From Candidatus Saccharimonadota bacterium (GTDB lineage: Bacteria; Patescibacteriota; Gracilibacteria; BD1-5; UBA6164): 32,000 bases of DNA. A program made the translations under genes and the position numbers. The notes under the pieces are model-generated. The model saw only the letters and a list, made by a program, of their open reading frames with translations, was not told the DNA's origin and did not search any database. Of the stretch, positions 31,177 through 32,000 are shown piece by piece. Every line of letters starts with the position of its first letter. The stretch's first letter is position 1. The stretch is from NCBI GenBank assembly GCA_965227835.1, contig OZ245768.1, positions 540,001 through 572,000 on the forward strand. Direction: 5' to 3'.

Positions 31177-31668
31177 CTATAATAATTTATTATTTTTTAA
31201 TATTTGCTGATATTTTTGCTGATCCTCTTTATCGAGTATTGGTTTATCTCAATTATGGAATTGGAGTTTATTCATGAAGTCTTTATCCCTCATCATTAAC
31301 CACCATTTTGAATCAGCTGAATCTCAGGCTTTTATGTTCGCTCATATATTCAATCTAGCTTGCAGGGATATACTATCTTTAAGTATCCCTTTTTCCTCCA
31401 AAAATTCAGGATTTTCTTGCTGATATTGGTATAACTTACTAGTCGAAATTTGGCTAAAGTAACAGGCTTGCTCGTCTGTCATACCTACTGCAAAACACAG
31501 CTTTAATTTTTGGAGTGTCAGATCTGTCATAATCTTAGGTCTTCAGGCTCATATTTGCTTTTCTTTTTCTTCTTCTTTTGGTAGATCTTTTGATATTTGT
31601 TTTACAGTATTTTCTTTTTCTTTTATACTCAAATTTCAGACTTTTTTGTGGAATTTTTTCCTAGTCAT
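31177..31668 (-). CDS. terS: Terminase small subunit-like HTH protein (163 aa if started at ATG 31668; track ORF 31342..31530 is its middle)
   Basis: The frame is open from ATG 31668 (overlapping the methyltransferase stop, 'GATGACTAG') through 'GAGRPKIMTDLTLQKLKLCFAVGMTDEQACYFSQISTSKLYQYQQENPEF' and two TGA to TAG 31177-31179, 492 nt. The alternative start is ATG 31530. Confidence 0.7.
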
Positions 31669-32000
31669 CTAAAATTTTGTTAATATCTAAATTTCTATTT
31701 AAGCATGTAATTTCTTTTTTTCACTTTGTAACTTCATAGTATCTCTTGATAATAGTTTGAACGAAAACAGGATCTAACTCCATCATATAACAAGTTCTTT
31801 GTTTTTTCTCACTTGCTATAAGAGTTGATCCACTTCATCAAAATAAATCTAGGATATTATCTCAAATTTTACTAGAGTTATTCAAAGCATATTCTATTAG
31901 CTCCACTGGTTTTTGTGTAGGATGCACATATTCATTTACATTTGCTCTCTTCATACTCCATAGAGTAGTTCTTCATTCAGCTTCAGCATCTTTAGCTCTT
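31661..32000 (-). CDS. Phage DNA N4/N6 methyltransferase (PF01555-like), C-terminal part. The N-terminus lies beyond the window end.
   Basis: Sequence 'TLWSMKRANVNEYVHPTQKPVELIEYALNNSSKIGDNILDLFGGSGSTLIASEKKQRTCYMMELDPVFVQTIIKRY'. The two Gly of 'FGG' (31835-31840) are TGA TGA. TAG at 31661-31663. Confidence 0.85.

Noticed and set aside
1-32000. TGA = Trp (code 4, Mollicutes-like) as the explanation for the in-frame TGAs
   Set aside because: TGA sits at positions that are Gly in conserved motifs (FGGSGST, SLGGIAIAIG, DNGVGF, ERG, GFGFEG). Conserved Trp residues are encoded by TGG.
1-32000. tRNA, rRNA or other structured RNA genes, and an integrase or att site
   Set aside because: Intergenic space is minimal. 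The only sizeable spacers (4887-5009, 5436-5502, 11369-11442, and the repeat modules) show simple hairpins, not cloverleaf-like structures. No recombinase-like frame was found in this window.

Overview
The window is strongly AT-rich, and the supplied standard-code ORF track is largely misleading. All credible genes lie on the minus strand and read through many in-frame TGA codons. These TGAs fall on invariant glycine positions, for example RND pump '[18 protein letters not shown]', DNA methyltransferase 'LFGGSGST' and XRE HTH 'VERGETN'. TGG still encodes conserved Trp. This indicates genetic code 25 (TGA=Gly), the code known from Gracilibacteria/Absconditabacteria (CPR).

Re-read by hand with code 25, the window resolves into 37 co-directional, tightly packed reading frames. 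Start and stop positions were located independently, and every length is divisible by 3. There are three blocks:

(i) 1-5435: a host-like heavy-metal RND efflux operon. It comprises a small secreted Met/His/Cys-rich protein, a 613-aa membrane-fusion protein with a very long coiled coil, and a CusA/CzcA-type pump.

(ii) 5503-11368: a DNA-modification/defence island. In transcription order it holds an XRE-HTH fused in frame to a frame-disrupted D12/COG3392-type adenine methyltransferase, a motif-permuted DPPY methyltransferase, a 465-aa protein with two PD-(D/E)xK-like motifs, and a 675-aa MutL/MORC-like GHKL ATPase fused to a PD-(D/E)xK nuclease.

(iii) 11443-32000: an essentially complete siphovirus-like late region. 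It runs phage methyltransferase, TerS, TerL, tandem-HTH, portal, MuF-like, XkdF-like, scaffold, major capsid, connectors, major tail, chaperone, tape measure, Dit, Tal-like, a 738-aa glycine-rich fibre, small ORFs, SNase-like nuclease and M15 endolysin.

One structure is not explained by the genes. A bipartite element occurs six times: an 18-nt box AAA(A/T)GACCTT(G/A)A(G/A)(G/A)GGAA, then a covarying hairpin with a T-run. It always begins 0-4 nt after the upstream stop (or inside an ORF tail that has no earlier stop) and ends 48-54 nt before the next ATG.

All protein-family calls rest on motifs I read by eye. No database search was run.
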